Shown here piece after piece: positions 54,142 to 57,489 of a stretch of 57,489 nucleotides of DNA (position 1 is the first letter of the stretch; each line of letters opens with the position of its first letter). The notes beneath the pieces are model-generated. The model was not told the DNA's origin and did no database searches. It saw only the letters and a program-made list of their open reading frames with translations. Origin of the DNA: a virus (Duplodnaviria > Caudoviricetes); IMG/VR virus record IMGVR_UViG_3300022745_000039, positions 1-57,489 of that record; one strand, given 5' to 3'. The position numbers and the translations under genes are program-made.

Positions 54142-54278
54142 TCGCTTGGACTTAATGAGAACTCGTTAGAGTGCGTGAGATTATCAAGCAAAGAATTCAG
54201 CTCGCTATCATCATTTTCTAAAGCACCAACGACGCCATAGAGAAGCACTATCGTGAGGGCGATGAGCCAGTTCTTCAT
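54138..54278 (-). CDS. Small membrane protein (46 aa)
   Basis: MKNWLIALTIVLLYGVVGALE...; ATGA coupling. Confidence 0.55.
   Translation of the reverse strand: MKNWLIALTIVLLYGVVGALENDDSELNSLLDNLTHSNEFSLSPSE
54143..54182 (-). promoter_or_regulatory. Tandem decamer array, 4 units
   Basis: Minus strand AATCTCACGC ACTCTAACGA GTTCTCATTA AGTCCAAGCG immediately before the ATG at 54141. Confidence 0.7.
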
Positions 54279-54415
54279 TCCAGTTCACCTGTGATGGATT
54301 CACTGAAGTCGATCACTTCGACCGACGAGTCAGGCAGTTTGTCGCGGATTTCTGTCATGACGTAGAGCAGACGCTCCAGCAGATCGACAATGTAAGTCGC
54401 TTGGGCTTCGTTCAT
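54275..54415 (-). CDS. Hypothetical protein (46 aa)
   Basis: MNEAQATYIVDLLERLLY...; GAGGGG RBS. Confidence 0.55.
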   Translation of the reverse strand: MNEAQATYIVDLLERLLYVMTEIRDKLPDSSVEVIDFSESITGELE

Positions 54416-54418
54416 GGT

Positions 54419-54958
54419 CTACACCCCCTCGTCGGTGATACGGGCCTGCGCGGTGATTTCGTTTTGCAGCTTTTCGATCTCTGTGCGGAGTACCGCGAGT
54501 TCGGAGGCGGGGCTATCCAGCGACTCACGCAGCCGCTCGTTCTCAGCTTGTAGTGCGTTCGCCCTATCACGAGCATTGAGCAGCATGTGGCCCAGGTCTT
54601 CTTTATCTGCTTGTAGTGCTGCGAGTGCGGTGGCGGGTAACAGCCCCACAAAGTTGCGTACCTGATTGGCGTCATCAAAATTCACGTCACGGTGGAGTTC
54701 TTTATTTTCATCAAGGCGCGGGTCGTAGCTTGTGTCTACGTCAACCCAAGCCCATCCATTGCCGCTATCACATTGCTGTTTCCAGTGGTATCGCACCGGC
54801 TCCACATCCACCTTGGTCAGTCGCTCCACCAGTGCGTCAATGGTGTCTGCAGCTTCGATTTGCATTGGTGCTACATCCGCAATTGGCATTGATGTACGGC
54901 GCAATTTCTGCACTGACCCGCGCAACCGCTGTGCCACTGCCTTTGCTTTTTCAATCAT
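54419..54958 (-). CDS. Mosaic early protein (ead/Ea22-like)
   Basis: AVAQRLR..IEAADTID..ERLTKVDVEPV; AGGAG RBS. Confidence 0.7.
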   Translation of the reverse strand: MIEKAKAVAQRLRGSVQKLRRTSMPIADVAPMQIEAADTIDALVERLTKVDVEPVRYHWKQQCDSGNGWAWVDVDTSYDPRLDENKELHRDVNFDDANQVRNFVGLLPATALAALQADKEDLGHMLLNARDRANALQAENERLRESLDSPASELAVLRTEIEKLQNEITAQARITDEGV

Positions 54959-55232
54959 GTCCAGTCTCCTTGAGTGCTGCGCGGACGGCTTCAAGCACGC
55001 GGTAGCCAAGTGTTGCAGCGTCACCCCATGTGACAAGCTGTCCTTCTCGCATTACTTCTGTCCAATCAGTTTTCTCTAGCTTCTCCAACGCCGCCCGCAG
55101 CTGCTCAATCTCTTGGGCTTGGCTGCGGATGAGTGCGGCGGCATTGTGGTTAAGTACGCCACGGAGAACTGTGTCGAACATCTCTGCATCGAGGTCTGTT
55201 GCAATGCGCTCTGCTTCGTCTTTGGTGGTCAT
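54951..55232 (-). CDS. Hypothetical early protein
   Basis: EAERIA..L...AAALIRSQAQEIEQLRAAL. Confidence 0.7.
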   Translation of the reverse strand: MTTKDEAERIATDLDAEMFDTVLRGVLNHNAAALIRSQAQEIEQLRAALEKLEKTDWTEVMREGQLVTWGDAATLGYRVLEAVRAALKETGHD

Positions 55233-55399
55233 TTCGTTTCCTTTTTAACAGTGCATTCGATTGTTCCCCCGCCCACCAGCTTCGCCTCGCTCTTGATGGC
55301 ACAGTCACGCAGCGTTGCTTGGTCTCCAAGTGCGTTGCCAACGCTCAATCCGAACATCACGCTCGGTACGATAATGATCAGGTACTCGAAAAAGTCCAT
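55229..55399 (-). CDS. Small membrane protein (56 aa)
   Basis: MDFFEYLIIIVPSVMFGLSVG...; ATGA coupling. Confidence 0.55.
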   Translation of the reverse strand: MDFFEYLIIIVPSVMFGLSVGNALGDQATLRDCAIKSEAKLVGGGTIECTVKKETK

Positions 55400-55402
55400 G
55401 GT

Positions 55403-55762
55403 CTACATCCCTTCGTCAGCGATAGGCTCGGCAAGAAAGAGCAGGAACAGGGAGCGGTGGAGTTCATCTGCAGCGTCAACAACCATTGCATCAGCCATTG
55501 ACAGCCAATAAGAACCGTACGGCACTGTGTACGTGCCGCCATACTGATGGTTATCTGGCTCCGCTGCCCAACGGAGCGCCGTGCTGATTGGGCCGTATTG
55601 CAAGTGCTCGTCGTCTGGGTGAATGCGGTAGTTATAGTCACAGACTTCCGGCTTTACCACCCAAGCTATTCGAGATGGTTCCCATGAGCGCCAGTTAGCT
55701 GTGAAGTGTTGGCGTTGAATCCGCGCACCACGCGCTGCTGCGTGTAAGAGTCGGTTGGTCAT
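55403..55762 (-). CDS. Hypothetical protein
   Basis: LLHAAARGARIQ...YRIHPDDEHLQYGPIS. Confidence 0.7.
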   Translation of the reverse strand: MTNRLLHAAARGARIQRQHFTANWRSWEPSRIAWVVKPEVCDYNYRIHPDDEHLQYGPISTALRWAAEPDNHQYGGTYTVPYGSYWLSMADAMVVDAADELHRSLFLLFLAEPIADEGM

Positions 55763-56142
55763 TTCAGTTGCTCCGCAAGTTTTTCACACTCATACTCCAC
55801 ATAGGCCAAGCTTCGTGCAAGTCCCTTGTCGTAGATGCCGTACTTCTCTACCGTTTGCTTATGGCTATCATCCATAAGCGCTATATCTTGGCTATCCCCA
55901 TAGTGGTGGCAGTCAAACCCAAACCACCACACCCCGCTCAACTCAGTTGGGTACGCTTTGGTGTCGTCCCCAGCGTAGGTAAGACCACCGTGTACTGCGG
56001 CTTCAATGTCGTCATAGCCCTTGCCGTAGTGGCGGTGGTCTCTCGGTACGGCAACATATCCATTACGTACACCCCACGGCATGATCAGAACGACTGCGGT
56101 AAACCCCGCTTCTGTCACCCACAGCTTTTCAACTTTGCTCAC
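55759..56142 (-). CDS. Conserved phage hypothetical protein
   Basis: NGYVAVP..H..YG...VHGGLTYA...WWFGFDCHHYGD. Confidence 0.8.
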   Translation of the reverse strand: MSKVEKLWVTEAGFTAVVLIMPWGVRNGYVAVPRDHRHYGKGYDDIEAAVHGGLTYAGDDTKAYPTELSGVWWFGFDCHHYGDSQDIALMDDSHKQTVEKYGIYDKGLARSLAYVEYECEKLAEQLK

Positions 56143-56471
56143 TTCGTCCTCCCTTCCAGCGCGCTCACGATCGCTTGGTACGCGGTGTCGCGGTCTTTGG
56201 CTTCGGTGAAGTCGAAGGCCCTAGACGGGCCATCCGCGCAGATAGTTATCCTCCAACCTGCATCTTCACTTGGGCCGACAGGCGCACCAAACTCCACGCC
56301 GTTGATGCTGCGGACTTCGAGCTTGATTCGGAGTTCTTCCTGAAAGATGTTGCGCACAGCTAGTTCAGGACTCGTATCGTTCCAGTCGCCTCTAGCGCCT
56401 AGGTACTGAATCTGCTTCCCATCCGCAATCGCCCGCAGGATGGTCTTGGTGTGTTCTGTGAGTTGGGTCAT
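56139..56471 (-). CDS. Hypothetical protein
   Basis: LRAIADGKQIQY...RIK...INGVEF.AP. Confidence 0.7.
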   Translation of the reverse strand: MTQLTEHTKTILRAIADGKQIQYLGARGDWNDTSPELAVRNIFQEELRIKLEVRSINGVEFGAPVGPSEDAGWRITICADGPSRAFDFTEAKDRDTAYQAIVSALEGRTK

Positions 56472-56881
56472 TGCTGGTCTACCTTATGTCCAATTTCAGG
56501 GTCACATGCGGAGGCGGGGTCAATTGAGTTTGCGCGGTTGTGAGCCTCTATTCTGTTTGCAACGCGATCAACAAGCCTGTCGTTGTTAGTGCTGCAACCG
56601 CAGTCAGAAAGAATCATCTCGGCAAGCCAACGCACTGAAACAGAAGGCTCCACATCCACCTTCAGGTGTGGGCAGTTTGGCTTTGGGTCTGCGAAGCAGT
56701 TTGTGCCTGCTTTCCAGTTTGCGCAGCACGGCTCCACATCCACCTTGGTCAGCCTCTCCACTTCAGCAATGAGTGTGTCGATGGTGTCGGCTGCTTCGAT
56801 TTCACCGTCTGACGCATAGCCAAATTGCTGCATTTCACGCAACCGCTGTGCAACGGCGCGTGATTCGTCTAGTGTGGTCAT
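56468..56881 (-). CDS. Mosaic early protein (paralog of 54419-54958)
   Basis: AVAQRLR, IEAADTID, two KVDVEP linkers. Confidence 0.65.
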   Translation of the reverse strand: MTTLDESRAVAQRLREMQQFGYASDGEIEAADTIDTLIAEVERLTKVDVEPCCANWKAGTNCFADPKPNCPHLKVDVEPSVSVRWLAEMILSDCGCSTNNDRLVDRVANRIEAHNRANSIDPASACDPEIGHKVDQQ

Positions 56882-57051
56882 TTCAGTTCCTTTGGTACAC
56901 ATACCATTGATGGTGTAAACCCCCCGAGCTTTCTTTCTGCAATCTGCACAGATGCAAACTGACATGCTGTAAGTGAACCAAACTCCTGCATGGCTACAGC
57001 AGTTTGACTGCCAACTACGCTCCACATGACGATCAAAATGTAGGAGCTCAT
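56878..57051 (-). CDS. Small exported/membrane protein (57 aa)
   Basis: MSSYILIVMW...QEFGSLTAC...CVPK; ATGA overlaps. Confidence 0.55.
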   Translation of the reverse strand: MSSYILIVMWSVVGSQTAVAMQEFGSLTACQFASVQIAERKLGGFTPSMVCVPKELK

Positions 57052-57489
57052 GCTTTTTCCCCTCTGGCTCTGATAGCTGTAGCGCAGTCTTTTGGCGTAA
57101 GTGACGGGTATTCAAGGTGTTCTTCACACACCTTGGCCTGCTCTGCTGCGAGGGTGGAGGCGGGGGTAGGCGCCAACAGAATTGCGCCTTCATCTGGATA
57201 GTCGGCAGACGCGACGTACAACCCATGCCCAGAGTGACCACCGCCGATGACTAATCGGATAGGCATCAGATCACCATCCTCATGTACGATCATGTCGCGC
57301 AGGAATGTAAGCTGATCATCGTCATCAAGCGTAATGTCTACAATCCAAGCCACCGGATTCATATCCACCTTGGTCAGCCTCTCCAGCTCAGGGAAGGGCC
57401 AGTCTTTCAAGTGCTCGATGGCGGCTTTTACAGCCTTGTCCACCACGCTTCCATCTTGGTACTTGTAGTCACCACGTTCACGCGCACCA
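57048..57489 (-). CDS. Mosaic early protein, 5'-truncated by the window edge
   Basis: Frame stays open to the window end; ELERLTKVDMNPVAW and C-terminal CATAIRARGE. Confidence 0.65.
   Translation of the reverse strand, partial: GARERGDYKYQDGSVVDKAVKAAIEHLKDWPFPELERLTKVDMNPVAWIVDITLDDDDQLTFLRDMIVHEDGDLMPIRLVIGGGHSGHGLYVASADYPDEGAILLAPTPASTLAAEQAKVCEEHLEYPSLTPKDCATAIRARGEKA

Overview
The window is most of a temperate, podovirus-like tailed phage genome in its non-integrated form: attP is intact and internal, and there are no host genes. The host is Gram-negative (spanins present), probably a betaproteobacterium. The + strand arm (380-36001) encodes TerS, an intein-containing TerL, a head spike, portal, scaffold, an N4-gp56-type major capsid, adaptor/tail proteins, three large ejection-type proteins and a lysis cassette. 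The - strand arm (36269-57489) encodes a tyrosine integrase, an Xis-like HTH protein, a block of very acidic proteins around ArdA, DNA ligase, a resolvase-like nuclease, family A DNA polymerase (Leu762 type), an SNF2 helicase, a DHH phosphoesterase, a Cas4-like nuclease and mosaic early genes. The arms converge on an attP built on the 3' half of tRNA-Val(CAC). No primase or CI-type repressor is visible, and the last ORF runs off the window. Most notable: (1) the TerL intein has no in-frame homing endonuclease but nests a complete endonuclease VII gene in another reading frame with its own RBS; (2) about 13 arrays of a 10-bp-period direct repeat (consensus about AVTCTVAYNN) follow the direction of transcription and lie before genes on both arms, in attP and inside the intein; (3) an RyR-domain plus gp49-family gene pair sits in the head module as a candidate anti-defence cassette; (4) there are two candidate structured RNAs, a deletion scar in the tail module, and early genes sharing exact linker repeats. 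All family assignments come from motifs recognised by eye; no searches were run.
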